Of a DNA stretch of 64,000 nt, positions 29,139-39,056 are shown piece after piece. The stretch's first letter is position 1. Each line of letters begins with the position of its first letter. The notes beneath the pieces were generated by a model. The model made no database searches. It had not been told where the DNA came from and was given only the letters and a program-made list of their open reading frames with translations. The stretch comes from Longimicrobiales bacterium (lineage in GTDB: Bacteria > Gemmatimonadota > Gemmatimonadetes > Longimicrobiales > Gaopeijiaceae). The position numbers were made by a program, and so were the translations under genes. The DNA lies in the NCBI GenBank assembly GCA_965218295.1, contig CBDCKN010000015.1:224001-288000 (forward strand), in the 5' to 3' direction.

Positions 29139-29842
29139 AATCAGTAAGGAAAGCGGACGTTATGGCCAGGATCAACAAGACTACTACGCCAGCCACTACG
29201 CCAGCCACGCCGCCCGAAGCGGTCATCTCCATCATCGGCATGGGCATGATGCTGACGGGCGACTGTGAGACGGACGGCGCTCTGAGGATCGAGGGTACGG
29301 TCAAGGGCGATGTTCGGGCCGGCAAGGCCGTCGTCATTGGCAAGGAAGGGCTGGTGGACGGCAACATCTACACCCAGGACGCCGTCATCGCCGGTGGTGT
29401 GCTCGGATCAGTCCATGCGGAGTCGCGCCTGGAGGTGCAGTCGACGGGCCGCATTTCGGGCGAGATCGATGCACGGCGAATGCTGCTCGAGGAGGGCGCA
29501 ACCCTCCAGGGCCAGGTGTCCGTGGGCGAATCTCGGCCCAAGGCCCAAGAGCAGGCTTCCACTCGTAAGAAAGCAGCCGGTGAGGGCACGCCGGAAGGTG
29601 ACGGCGGAGATCCAGGGATCCCCGGCGGCCCGACTCCAGGTGGGGTAACCCATGGAGGCGCATCCATCGTGTCGGCGTCGCCAGCGATCGGGGGGCCACC
29701 GGCCTCCTCCGACCGAGTGGCCGAAGCTCCTGGGATCGCCCGCAACGTCGCACGAAACACCGAAGCCCCTGGCATCGCCTGCGACGTCGCTCGGGATGAA
29801 CCCGCACGAGCAGCCCACAGCAGCGCCGCCGACGCAGGGTGA
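29135..29842 (+). CDS. Bactofilin (polymer-forming cytoskeletal protein) with long low-complexity tail; start 29135 or 29162
   Basis: SIIG.GM.LTGD......LRIEG.V.GDV beta-helix repeats; ATGA overlap with the M23 gene. Confidence 0.88.
   Translation: MKSVRKADVMARINKTTTPATTPATPPEAVISIIGMGMMLTGDCETDGALRIEGTVKGDVRAGKAVVIGKEGLVDGNIYTQDAVIAGGVLGSVHAESRLEVQSTGRISGEIDARRMLLEEGATLQGQVSVGESRPKAQEQASTRKKAAGEGTPEGDGGDPGIPGGPTPGGVTHGGASIVSASPAIGGPPASSDRVAEAPGIARNVARNTEAPGIACDVARDEPARAAHSSAADAG
29723..29800 (+). repeat. Two imperfect in-frame 39-bp tandem repeats in the bactofilin tail
   Basis: EAPGIARNVARNT / EAPGIACDVARDE. Confidence 0.8.
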
Positions 29843-30023
29843 AGGCCGCCCGAGCGAGGTACCGCCACAGCCTCCGACGACGCTGCCGACGTAGTCTTTC
29901 CACAACGGTGGAAACATCCGTTATGTGGTGTGGCGTAGTGGGTTACGGTAATATTTCCCGGCCGTGTCCCAGGTCTGCGAGTCGTACGGTCCCGATTTTT
30001 CCACACTTCCTCGGTTTCCGTCG

Positions 30024-30776
30024 ATGAAATTAGAATCCTTGCTCCAATATCTTGATGAATACCTGGAGGTAGAGGACTTTCCGGACTACGGGTTCGCCCA
30101 CAATGGTCTGCAGGTGGAGGGGCCCACGGAGGTGGAGCGCGTGGCGGTGGCCGTGGACGCGAGCGAGGCGGTGATCCTGGAAGCAGTCGATCAGGGCGTA
30201 GACCTGCTCATCGTGCACCACGGCCTCTTCTGGGACGGGCGCACCCGCGTGACCGGACCTCGCTTCAGGAAGCTGCGATCCCTCATTCAGGGAAGCACGG
30301 CCCTGTACGGCTGCCACTTGCCGCTGGACGCTCACGTCCAGGTGGGCAACTGCGCCGTCCTATGCAGAGAGTTGGGCTGGGAGCCCGCCGGCCGCTTCGG
30401 GAGCTACCAGGGGCGTGAATTCGGTTGGTGGTGCGAGGTCGATTCGGAGCGAGAAGCGCTGGCGACGCATGTGGAGGAGGTGGTTGGGGGCCCGGTCCGT
30501 GTCATTCCGGGTGGGCCCGAGCACGTCTACCGGGTCGGAGTGGTCACCGGTGCGGCCGCGAGTCTCATTCCGGAGGCTGCGGCGTTCGGCCTCGATGCCC
30601 TCCTCACAGGAGAAGGGTCCCACCATACGTACAACGACGCCATGGAGTTCGGGGTGACCGCGCTCTATGCGGGGCACTATGCCACGGAGACGTGGGGAGT
30701 GAAGGCCCTGGCCGCGCACATCGAGGACCGCTTCGGCATCCCCTGGGAGTTCATTGACGCCCCCACGGGGCTCTGA
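30024..30776 (+). CDS. Nif3-like (YbgI/DUF34) dinuclear metal protein
   Basis: NGLQVEG, VHHGLFW, HLPLDAH..GN, GHYATET.GV. Confidence 0.93.
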   Translation: MKLESLLQYLDEYLEVEDFPDYGFAHNGLQVEGPTEVERVAVAVDASEAVILEAVDQGVDLLIVHHGLFWDGRTRVTGPRFRKLRSLIQGSTALYGCHLPLDAHVQVGNCAVLCRELGWEPAGRFGSYQGREFGWWCEVDSEREALATHVEEVVGGPVRVIPGGPEHVYRVGVVTGAAASLIPEAAAFGLDALLTGEGSHHTYNDAMEFGVTALYAGHYATETWGVKALAAHIEDRFGIPWEFIDAPTGL

Positions 30777-30779
30777 GCC

Positions 30780-30873
30780 CTTGTGTTCCGTTGCCGAAGT
30801 TCGCGAGCCACCAAGTTGGGTCGGATGCACCGTGCCCTCGACTGGCTGCGACACGTTGGTAACGGAACACTAG
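30780..30873. mobile_element. Miniature inverted-repeat element, copy B (94 nt, longest)
   Basis: CTTGTGTTCCGTTGCCGAAGTTCGCGAG...ACACGTTGGTAACGGAACACTAG; terminal CTAG contains the stop of the convergent gene. Confidence 0.8.
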
Positions 30874-32984
30874 AACAGCCCGTCGAAATAGAAGTGCAGC
30901 CGGGTCCCGTCCTCACCCTTCAGCACGTGGGCCAGGTCGATACGGATGAGCCCGTCCAAGAGCGATCCTCCGACCCCCACCGATGCGGCGAATCCATTCG
31001 TGTCGAACCTCTCCTCGTGCCCGGTCCACGCGAAGTCGGCGAAGGCCACCACCCGTGCTGCCGCGAAGTCGTTCGCGACCTCTGTCCGTGCGAACCAGAA
31101 GGCGCTCCCGGTCAGGTCACCCGTGAGCAGCCCCCGAAACGTCTCGGGTCCACCTAGATAGAAGTGCCGCTGGATCGGGGTGTCGGCGGCAGACATGCCC
31201 AGGCCGGCCTCCATCGCTCCTACGAGGCGGAAGGGCAAGGGATGTGACAGCGCGCCGCTGGTCATCCACCGCCAATACTCGAAGTCGCCGGCGGCGCCCT
31301 CCAGGACGATGCGGCCCGAGAGCATGAGGCCGGTGGGGTCGACGCCCTTGTGTCCGCGGAGCTCGAGCTCGCCTCCGTACACGGACCCCTCGACGGCCGT
31401 GATGTTTTCCGGCATGTGGTCGTCGGGCCCGATGGCGCGCTGGAGGTAGAAGTCCGTCTGCTTGGACACCGCCCGGTGCTCCTCGAAGAACAGGCGGAGC
31501 GTCCTTCGCGACGCTCGGCCTGTCGAGACCCGGCTGAGCTCCACACCGAGGGCGTCGAAGAAGGCGCCCTGGTCGTTGCCGCCGACCAGGTTGCTCACCG
31601 ACCGGGTGAACTCGAGAGGCCGAGCCCAGTCGGATCCGAAGTCGAGGCGGCGGTATCCGGTGAGGGCCCACCCTCGATCACGCTCTCCCCGGAAGAAGGT
31701 GAGCTCCCCCCTGGGCTCCCGGTCCGCTGTCCCGATGCGTCCCTGTGCCTGAACGCTGAAGCGATGGGGCAAGGGGAGGGTGCCCGAGGAGCCGAAGCTC
31801 AGCCCCTCGATGCGGTTGTAGCGGGCCATGCCACCACGGAGGCCGTACACCCACTCGACGCCAGGCCGGGCCGGCGAGGGCAGAAGGTCCTGGAGCTTGC
31901 CCCGGAGCTCGTCGATCTCGCTGTCGCTGAACGCCGCGGGCGCGCGCTCGACCGCAGCTTCGGAGAGCTCAGGCGAGTTGACGACGGAGTCGGCCGGGGG
32001 CATGAGGACGGTCAGGTAGCTGATCTGGCCGTCCCGATCTCTTCGGAGCTCGGTCCGTGTCCAGCCGGGAGGGAGGGGGCGTGCGATGGGCATCTCGGAC
32101 TCCTCGTTCACGCGATACCCGGTCACGGTCCACTCCACCGTGATGGGGATGTGGAGAAAGCGTCCGAGGGAGGCCTCCCCCTCCAGGGCAAACCGCCGCG
32201 GCAGCCAGTAGCGGAACTCGTGGAGGCTGTACTCCACGGTGACGTAGTCGATCTCGGCGGTCACTGGTTTGAGGAGACCGGGGACCTCGTCGGCGACCTC
32301 GGGCTCGATGAGCTCCAGGTCGAAGGGTCGCGCCGGCTTGTAGCTCGCCCGGACCAGGCTCCCCGAGTCCTGGTCGAACCACAGGGAGCCGGCCACCAGG
32401 TGAATGTCGGGCCTCCTGGGCTCGACCCGCACCTCGATCATGGTTATGGCCCGATCCTCCATGGGGAAGGACAGGCGGAGCGTATCGCCTGAGGCGAATC
32501 GATAGTGGAGGGCGGCGGAGTCGGAGAGGGGGTGGAGAAGCCACTCGTCTCCGAATAGCATGCGATCGTCCCACGGGTCGAACTCGAGGGCGGCCGGCCC
32601 GTCGCTCATGAGGTCGTCCCCCATGTCCTCGTTTAGCTCGGCCTGGATCTCGGAGCTGTTTCCCACCAGCGGCATTTGGTAACGGGCACCGATCCACTCC
32701 ACGTAGCGATCGCCGCCCCGCACCCAGCGGATCCGGGCCACGCGCTCCCCGTCGAAGAGGCCCCGGTCGCGCCGGAAGCGGGCCACCTTCAGGCCCAGGT
32801 AGAACCTCTCACGGGCGATGCCCTCGTAGCTGAGGATCCCCTCCATGTCGCGCTCGCGGGCTGCGATGGCGCTGGCCAGAATCGACCGAACTCCCTCATC
32901 CCGGTACGTGTCGGGTGGTGCGGAGGCAGACGGGACGACCTGGAGCGAAGCCGCTAGGAGGAAGGGGCCGAGGGCGGTGGTCAT
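30870..32984 (-). CDS. Large exported protein with probable C-terminal outer-membrane beta-barrel
   Basis: Signal peptide; RYNRIEGL; FYLGG...RG; terminal-Phe beta-signal LHFYFDGLF. Confidence 0.65.
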   Translation of the reverse strand: MTTALGPFLLAASLQVVPSASAPPDTYRDEGVRSILASAIAARERDMEGILSYEGIARERFYLGLKVARFRRDRGLFDGERVARIRWVRGGDRYVEWIGARYQMPLVGNSSEIQAELNEDMGDDLMSDGPAALEFDPWDDRMLFGDEWLLHPLSDSAALHYRFASGDTLRLSFPMEDRAITMIEVRVEPRRPDIHLVAGSLWFDQDSGSLVRASYKPARPFDLELIEPEVADEVPGLLKPVTAEIDYVTVEYSLHEFRYWLPRRFALEGEASLGRFLHIPITVEWTVTGYRVNEESEMPIARPLPPGWTRTELRRDRDGQISYLTVLMPPADSVVNSPELSEAAVERAPAAFSDSEIDELRGKLQDLLPSPARPGVEWVYGLRGGMARYNRIEGLSFGSSGTLPLPHRFSVQAQGRIGTADREPRGELTFFRGERDRGWALTGYRRLDFGSDWARPLEFTRSVSNLVGGNDQGAFFDALGVELSRVSTGRASRRTLRLFFEEHRAVSKQTDFYLQRAIGPDDHMPENITAVEGSVYGGELELRGHKGVDPTGLMLSGRIVLEGAAGDFEYWRWMTSGALSHPLPFRLVGAMEAGLGMSAADTPIQRHFYLGGPETFRGLLTGDLTGSAFWFARTEVANDFAAARVVAFADFAWTGHEERFDTNGFAASVGVGGSLLDGLIRIDLAHVLKGEDGTRLHFYFDGLF

Positions 32985-33082
32985 GGCGTCGTAAACCTCT
33001 CCTTCACAGGAGGTTGCCCCCGGTATGGCTCGTGGGTACGATCACCATTCGCCTCCGGCTGTACATCTTTGGAGGAAACCGC

Positions 33083-35428
33083 ATGTCCTACCGGTTCCTG
33101 ACTGGCCCGGTCCTCTCATTCGTCGCTGTGAGCCTGCTCGCGGCTCAGAGCGTTCCGACGCCCCGATCCCACTTCGGTTTCGATATCGGCGCCGAGCGGA
33201 AACTGGCGAACTGGACCGCACTCACTTCGTACTACGAAAAACTGGCTCAAACGAGTCAACGGGTAACAGTAGACACGCTCGGAGCGACGACCATGGGTCG
33301 TCCGTTCGTGATGCTCACCATAACGAGTGTGGAGAACCAGGCTCGCATCGACGAGCTTCACGCCATCCAGATGAAGCTCTCGGATCCGCGCCAGGTTTCA
33401 GGCGAGGAGGAGCTCGCAGGCCTACTGGAGACCGGCCGAGCCGTGGTGCTCATCACGCACGCTATCCACTCCACGGAGGTGGGGGGTGCCCAGACGGCCG
33501 CCCGGCTGGTTCATCGCCTCGCCTCGTCCGACGAGCCGAAGGTCCGGGAGATCCTCGACAACGTCATTCTCCTCGACATCCCGTCCCTCAACCCAGACGG
33601 GACGGAGTGGGTGGTGGATTGGTACAACCAGTGGCTCGACACAGAGTACGAGGCTGCGCCCATGCCCTGGCTGTACCACTACTACGTGGGCCACGACAAC
33701 AACCGGGACTGGTACGCGTTCACACAGAAGGAGACCCAGCATACGGTCTTGGGGGCCCACAATGCGTGGCATCCACACGTCGTGCACGACATCCACCAGA
33801 TGGGGGGCCGAGGCGCCCGCATCTTCTTCCCGCCGTACATCGATCCCATCGAGCACAACGTGGACCCCGGCCTCGTGACGGCCGTCAACATGCTGGGTAC
33901 CTTCATGGCTGCGGAGCTCACCGCCCAGGGCAAGGACGGCGTGGTCATGAACGCCATCTACGACGGCTTCACCCCGGCGCGGGCCTACCAGCACTACCAC
34001 GGCGGTGCCCGGATTCTGTCCGAGACGGCGTCGGCCCGAATTGCGACCTCGGTGATCGTCGATCCCGACACGATCGGTGGCGGCCGGGGATACGACGCGG
34101 CGGTCGCCACGGCCAACTACCCGAACCCGTGGCGCGGAGGGAAGTGGGGGCTCCCGGACATCGTGGACTACCAGGATGCGGGCGCCATGGCGCTCCTCAG
34201 CAACGCGGCGAAGAACCGTCTATTCTGGCTCGAGAACTTCTACAGGATCAACGAGCGGGCCGTGAACGGATGGGACGAGTGGCCCAGCGCGTGGGTCCTT
34301 CCCGCCGAACAGGAAAACCCCGGCGGGCTAGCGTACGTTCTGCGCATCCTGCGCATGGGTGACGTCGAGGTGCATCGGGCGTCACGGGCCTTCCAGGCGG
34401 ACGGAAACCGCTACGCCGCGGGCACCTACGTGATCCCGATGAATCAGCCCTACGCGTCCTTCGCCCAGACCCTCCTGGAGGTGCAGCACTATCCGGATCT
34501 CCGGGAGTATCCGGGCGGGCCACCGCGGCGTCCCTACGACGTAACGGCACACACGCTGCCGCTCCTCATGAACGTGGAGGCCATGGCCGTCGAGAGGGTG
34601 CAGCCGGGCCTGGACGCGCTCATCGAGGGTGATCCCATTCCGACGCCCGATTTCGCCTTCGACCTCCCCTTGGGTCTGCGGGGAAGCGGCACGCCCAGGA
34701 TCGCGCTGTACAAGTCCTGGCAGGAGCCCATGGAGGGTGGATGGACGCGCTGGGTGTTCGACCAGCACGAGCTGCAGTACGACACCCTGAAGGACGCCCG
34801 GGTCAGGGAGGGTGCCCTCCGGAGGGACTACGACGTCATCGTGCTCCAGGACCAGAGCCCCAGTTCCATCGCCGAGGGGTACGACGGCGGCACCCTGCCG
34901 GAGCCATATGTGGGAGGTCTGGGTGAGGAGGGCCTTCAGGCACTCGAGGCGTTCGTGAACGAGGGAGGCCGAATCGTGGCCATCGAGGAGGCGACGGAGC
35001 TGGTGGCCGACCTCTTCGACCTCGGGGTCTCCAATGCGGTGGAGCGTCTGGACTCCCGAGACTTCTACGTTCCGGGCTCCATTCTGGAGATACGACTGGA
35101 CACCGAGCATCCCCTGAACCGGGGGATGGACGAGTCGGTGGCGGCCTGGTACTGGGGGAGCAGCCGGGCCTTCGACGTCCAGGATCCCGATGTCCAGGTG
35201 ACCGCCCGGTACAGCGAGGGGAATCCCGTGCGGTCGGGCTGGCTCCTCGGCCCCGAGCACCTTGCAGGGAAGGCCGCCATGGTGGAGGTGTCGGTGGGGA
35301 GCGGGTCGGTGGTCCTGATAGGGTTCCAGCCCAACTACCGGGCCCAGACGGTGGCGACGTGGCCGCTCCTCTTCAACGCCATGAATCCCGGCGCGAGCGA
35401 CCGACCCCGAACCGAGGGCATGAGGTAG
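33083..35428 (+). CDS. Secreted M14 zinc carboxypeptidase family protein with C-terminal GATase-like domain
   Basis: IHSTE, NPDG, DNNRD, DIHQMG; GGAGG RBS before ATG 33083. Confidence 0.85.
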   Translation: MSYRFLTGPVLSFVAVSLLAAQSVPTPRSHFGFDIGAERKLANWTALTSYYEKLAQTSQRVTVDTLGATTMGRPFVMLTITSVENQARIDELHAIQMKLSDPRQVSGEEELAGLLETGRAVVLITHAIHSTEVGGAQTAARLVHRLASSDEPKVREILDNVILLDIPSLNPDGTEWVVDWYNQWLDTEYEAAPMPWLYHYYVGHDNNRDWYAFTQKETQHTVLGAHNAWHPHVVHDIHQMGGRGARIFFPPYIDPIEHNVDPGLVTAVNMLGTFMAAELTAQGKDGVVMNAIYDGFTPARAYQHYHGGARILSETASARIATSVIVDPDTIGGGRGYDAAVATANYPNPWRGGKWGLPDIVDYQDAGAMALLSNAAKNRLFWLENFYRINERAVNGWDEWPSAWVLPAEQENPGGLAYVLRILRMGDVEVHRASRAFQADGNRYAAGTYVIPMNQPYASFAQTLLEVQHYPDLREYPGGPPRRPYDVTAHTLPLLMNVEAMAVERVQPGLDALIEGDPIPTPDFAFDLPLGLRGSGTPRIALYKSWQEPMEGGWTRWVFDQHELQYDTLKDARVREGALRRDYDVIVLQDQSPSSIAEGYDGGTLPEPYVGGLGEEGLQALEAFVNEGGRIVAIEEATELVADLFDLGVSNAVERLDSRDFYVPGSILEIRLDTEHPLNRGMDESVAAWYWGSSRAFDVQDPDVQVTARYSEGNPVRSGWLLGPEHLAGKAAMVEVSVGSGSVVLIGFQPNYRAQTVATWPLLFNAMNPGASDRPRTEGMR

Positions 35429-35431
35429 CGG

Positions 35432-36220
35432 GTGAAATGCCCGAACTGTGGATCCGAGGCTGCTGGGCGATTCTGCTCCGACTGCGGAGTAGCCCTTGGG
35501 GCCACGCCGTGCCCGAAGTGCGGTCATGAGCCTCCGGCCAGCGCGCGCTTCTGCAACCAGTGCGGGACGGCCATCGCCGGGGGCGGTGGCGCGGGGGGGG
35601 AGGTGGGTGCGGGCCCCGGCGGATCCGCCTCCGAAAGGGCCCCGGCGAGTCAGGCGGTCTGGTACATGGCAGGAGCGCTGATGGTGGGCCTCATTCTGGT
35701 GGTCGCCTACCCGGTCTACGGTCCGGGTCGGGCGTCGCCGGGACGCCCGCCGGCCCCAGCACCTGCTGGCGCTTCCAGCGTGGACCTCTCGTCCATGACG
35801 CCTCGGCAGGCGGCCGATCGGCTGTTCAACCGCGTCATGATCGCGGCGTCGGCAGGGGACGACACGGAAGTGAGGAACTTCCTACCCATGGCCATCAGGG
35901 CCCACGAGATCGTCGAGGACCTGGATGCGGACGGGAAGTTCCACCTCGTCACGCTACGTCTCCAGGCCTCTCTGAACGATGACGCCCTCGCGTCAGCGGA
36001 GGAGATTCTGGCCGAGCAGCCCGACCACCTCTTGGGTCTTGCGGGGGCGGCGGACGCCTCGCTGGCGCTGGGCGACTCGGCTAGCGCGCGGGCATTCTAC
36101 CAGCGTTTCCTGGATGCGTACGACTCGGAGATGGCCAAAGACCTGTCGGAGTACGGGGACCACGGCGCGCTCCTCCCGACCATGAGGGCCACGGCCCAGG
36201 CGCTGCTCGGGAACGACTGA
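35432..36220 (+). CDS. Double zinc-ribbon / TM / TPR-like protein
   Basis: Four CxxC pairs, one TM, helical C-terminus. Confidence 0.75.
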   Translation: MKCPNCGSEAAGRFCSDCGVALGATPCPKCGHEPPASARFCNQCGTAIAGGGGAGGEVGAGPGGSASERAPASQAVWYMAGALMVGLILVVAYPVYGPGRASPGRPPAPAPAGASSVDLSSMTPRQAADRLFNRVMIAASAGDDTEVRNFLPMAIRAHEIVEDLDADGKFHLVTLRLQASLNDDALASAEEILAEQPDHLLGLAGAADASLALGDSASARAFYQRFLDAYDSEMAKDLSEYGDHGALLPTMRATAQALLGND

Positions 36221-36247
36221 CCCCGACGACAGCGAGGTGAAGACATC

Positions 36248-36660
36248 GTGAGCGAGAATAGCAACGACACCAGCGATCAGACGGTCGTTATGGCCAGGCC
36301 TTCGTGATCTTCCCGGGCGGATTAGGGACTCTGGATGAGCTCTTCGAGGCCCTGGCTCTCATCCAGACCGGAAAGGTCAGGAACTTTCCGGTGGTCCTCT
36401 TCGGGACGGACTACTGGTCGGGCCTTCTGTCCTGGATGCGCGAGCGGCTTGCGGGGGAGAAAAAGATCGCGCCGGAGGACCTCGATCTGCTCTTCGTGAC
36501 CGATTCGCCCGCAGACACCGTGGCCCACGTGGTCGACTGCCATCGCAAGCCGCCTGTCGGGCATCCCCGGCGCCGTAACGACAACGTGAAACGTGCGGGG
36601 GACGCCCCCGAGTCTGCATCGGAAGCTGGAGAGAGCTCGCCGGCCGGCGAGGGTACTTGA
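36248..36660 (+). pseudogene. LOG-family (TIGR00730) gene with frameshifting internal deletion
   Basis: Only the C-terminal half (RYGQAFVIFPGGLGTLDELFE) remains; in-frame TAG at 36259; likely original GTG start at 36248 lies in another frame. Confidence 0.8.
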
Positions 36661-36761
36661 TCCTGCCGGGTATCACGATGGGCCTTCTGGGGTATGCCGT
36701 CGGGAACTACGTGGGCTTCGGGCTGGCCTACGCCGTTCAAAGCCTCGGAATAGGGTTGTGA
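36657..36761 (+). pseudogene. C-terminal remnant of a DUF819-like membrane protein
   Basis: LILPGITMGLLGYAVGNYVGFGLAYAV resembles the DUF819 terminal helix; only 34 codons. Confidence 0.6.
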
Positions 36762-36850
36762 GGCTTCCGGGGAGGCGCTTTCTTTAAAGGTTCGGCCAGC
36801 GCTGGACACTAGGGCCGCGCCTCAGATTCATCCCAAGAAACAGGTCACAG

Positions 36851-37984
36851 GTGTCGAGAACTCTCACGGAAGCACCTCGGGGCTATGCTCCAAACGGCAA
36901 GGACACAGGGGTCGTAAAGCCCAAGGGCCACTCGAGAATTCGGGCCCACGAGGGGCTGAATACGATCCCCCGCCGTGAGCGAAAGCCGGCGTGGCTGAAG
37001 GTTCGGTCGCCCGGCGGCGCCGAATACCTTCGGCTCAAGAGCCTCATGCGGACCCAGTCCCTCCACACCGTCTGCGAGGAGGCCGGCTGCCCGAACATCG
37101 GGGAGTGCTGGGAGGCGGGGACCGCCACCTTCATGATCCTGGGCGACGTCTGCACCCGGGCGTGTAAGTACTGCGCGGTGGCCCATGGCTTGCCTACCGA
37201 GCTCGACCTGGACGAGCCGCGGCGCGTGGCGGAGTCGGTTCGGGCCATGTCGCTCGAGCACGTGGTGATCACCAGCGTGAACCGCGACGAGCTGCCCGAT
37301 GGAGGAGCCGGCATCTACGCCGATACCATCCGGCAGATCAAGGCTGCGGTGCCGGGGTGCTCGGTAGAGGTGCTCATCCCCGACTTCAAGGGCGTCGAGG
37401 AAGCCCTGCGGGTCGTCCAGGAGGCCGGACCGGCGATCCTGGGACACAACCTGGAGACGGTGGAGCGGATCCATCCCGAGGTCCGCCCCGGCGGTCGCTA
37501 CTGGCGTTCTATCTCCTTTCTGGGAGCGGCCAAGCGAATCGACGCCTCCATGCTGACCAAGACCGGCATCATCCTCGGCATGGGGGAGGAGGCGCCGGAG
37601 ATTCACCAGGCGATGAAGGACCTTCGCGAGGCGGCCGTGGACATCCTCACGCTGGGTCAGTACCTGCGGCCGTCGCTCCAGCACATTCCGGTGGCCCGTT
37701 GGGTCACACCGGCCGAGTTCGCCGATTGGAAGCGAATCGGAGAAGCGACATACGGATTCAAGCACGTGGAGGCGGGCCCTCTGGTTCGTTCGAGCTATCA
37801 CGCGAAGGAGCAGGCGCGAGAGGTCGAGGCCGGTGCGGCCGGCCGTATCCAGGAGGTTCTCGAGGCGGACCTCCCCGCACCCGGAGAGGTGCTGCCGGGG
37901 CTCGACCTCGTCCAGCTGGAGATGGGACGCCCCGGCCGACCGGCGACAGGGATGTACGGTTCTCCGGAGGCGACGAACCGATGA
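36851..37984 (+). CDS. lipA: Lipoyl synthase
   Basis: CEEAGCPNIGEC, CTRACKYC, GQYLRPS, VRSSYHA. Confidence 0.97.
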   Translation: MSRTLTEAPRGYAPNGKDTGVVKPKGHSRIRAHEGLNTIPRRERKPAWLKVRSPGGAEYLRLKSLMRTQSLHTVCEEAGCPNIGECWEAGTATFMILGDVCTRACKYCAVAHGLPTELDLDEPRRVAESVRAMSLEHVVITSVNRDELPDGGAGIYADTIRQIKAAVPGCSVEVLIPDFKGVEEALRVVQEAGPAILGHNLETVERIHPEVRPGGRYWRSISFLGAAKRIDASMLTKTGIILGMGEEAPEIHQAMKDLREAAVDILTLGQYLRPSLQHIPVARWVTPAEFADWKRIGEATYGFKHVEAGPLVRSSYHAKEQAREVEAGAAGRIQEVLEADLPAPGEVLPGLDLVQLEMGRPGRPATGMYGSPEATNR

Positions 37985-39045
37985 CCGAGGCCAAAACGTC
38001 GCGGAGGAAGGCAACCAACGGAGGTCCCGAACTGGAAGGCCTCTCCAAGGACAGGCTACACCAGATTCTCCACGAGATGCTGCTCTATCGGCGCTTCGAG
38101 GAGAAGGCCGATGAGGGCTACGCGATCGGGAAGATCGGCGGCTTTTGTCACCTGCACATCGGGCAGGAGGCGGTGGCGGCCGGTTGCATTCTTCCGCTTC
38201 GGGATGACGACTACGTAATCACCGCCTACCGGGACCACACGCAGGCACTCGCCAAGGGCTTGTCACCCGACGCCGTCATGGCGGAGCTCTACGGGAAGTC
38301 CGCCGGCGCTTCCGGCGGGATGGGCGGCTCCATGCACATGTTCGGCCCCGACGTGGGGTTCATGGGCGGTCACGGCATCGTCGGCGCGCAGACCGGCTTG
38401 GCGCTGGGGATTGCGTTCGCCATCCACTACCGGGGCGAGGATCGGGTCTGCATGTGCTTCATGGGGGACGCGGCCGTGAACCAGGGCGCGTTCCACGAAT
38501 CCATGAACATGGCGGCCATCTGGAACCTGCCCGTGATCTACGTGGTGGAGAACAACGCGTACGGCATGGGGACCAAATTCTCCAGGGTCTCGGCAACCGA
38601 GATGTGTGCCAAGTCTGCGGCCCATGGTGTTCCCTCCACGGTGGTGGATGGGCAGGACGTCATCGCCACCTACAAGGCCTTCGACTCGCTCATCCGGCAG
38701 GTGCGCGAGGGAGGTGGGCCCCAGTTCGTGGACGTAGAGTGCTACCGATTCAAGGGCCACTCCATGTCGGATCCGGTTTCGGGCACGTATCGCTCCAAGG
38801 AGGAGGTGGACCACCAGACCGAGCACTCCGACCCCATCAAGATCCTGTGCGACCGGCTCTTGGCCGCGGAGCTTCTCGAGCAGGAGGAGCTAGAGGCCAT
38901 GGACGCCGAGGTCCGGAAGATCGTCGACGACGCCGACGAGTTCGCCGACGCGGCCCCTGACCCCGACCCGGCGAGCCTCCACGATCACGTCTACTCAGAG
39001 ATCAACCCGCACGGCCGTCTCTTCTTCGACGGCCGGGGGCAGTAG
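37981..39045 (+). CDS. pdhA: Pyruvate dehydrogenase E1 alpha
   Basis: GGFCHLHIGQEA, GGSMH, GDAAVNQG...ENN, YRFKGHSMSDP. Confidence 0.95.
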   Translation: MTEAKTSRRKATNGGPELEGLSKDRLHQILHEMLLYRRFEEKADEGYAIGKIGGFCHLHIGQEAVAAGCILPLRDDDYVITAYRDHTQALAKGLSPDAVMAELYGKSAGASGGMGGSMHMFGPDVGFMGGHGIVGAQTGLALGIAFAIHYRGEDRVCMCFMGDAAVNQGAFHESMNMAAIWNLPVIYVVENNAYGMGTKFSRVSATEMCAKSAAHGVPSTVVDGQDVIATYKAFDSLIRQVREGGGPQFVDVECYRFKGHSMSDPVSGTYRSKEEVDHQTEHSDPIKILCDRLLAAELLEQEELEAMDAEVRKIVDDADEFADAAPDPDPASLHDHVYSEINPHGRLFFDGRGQ

Positions 39046-39056
39046 TCGAGCGACCA

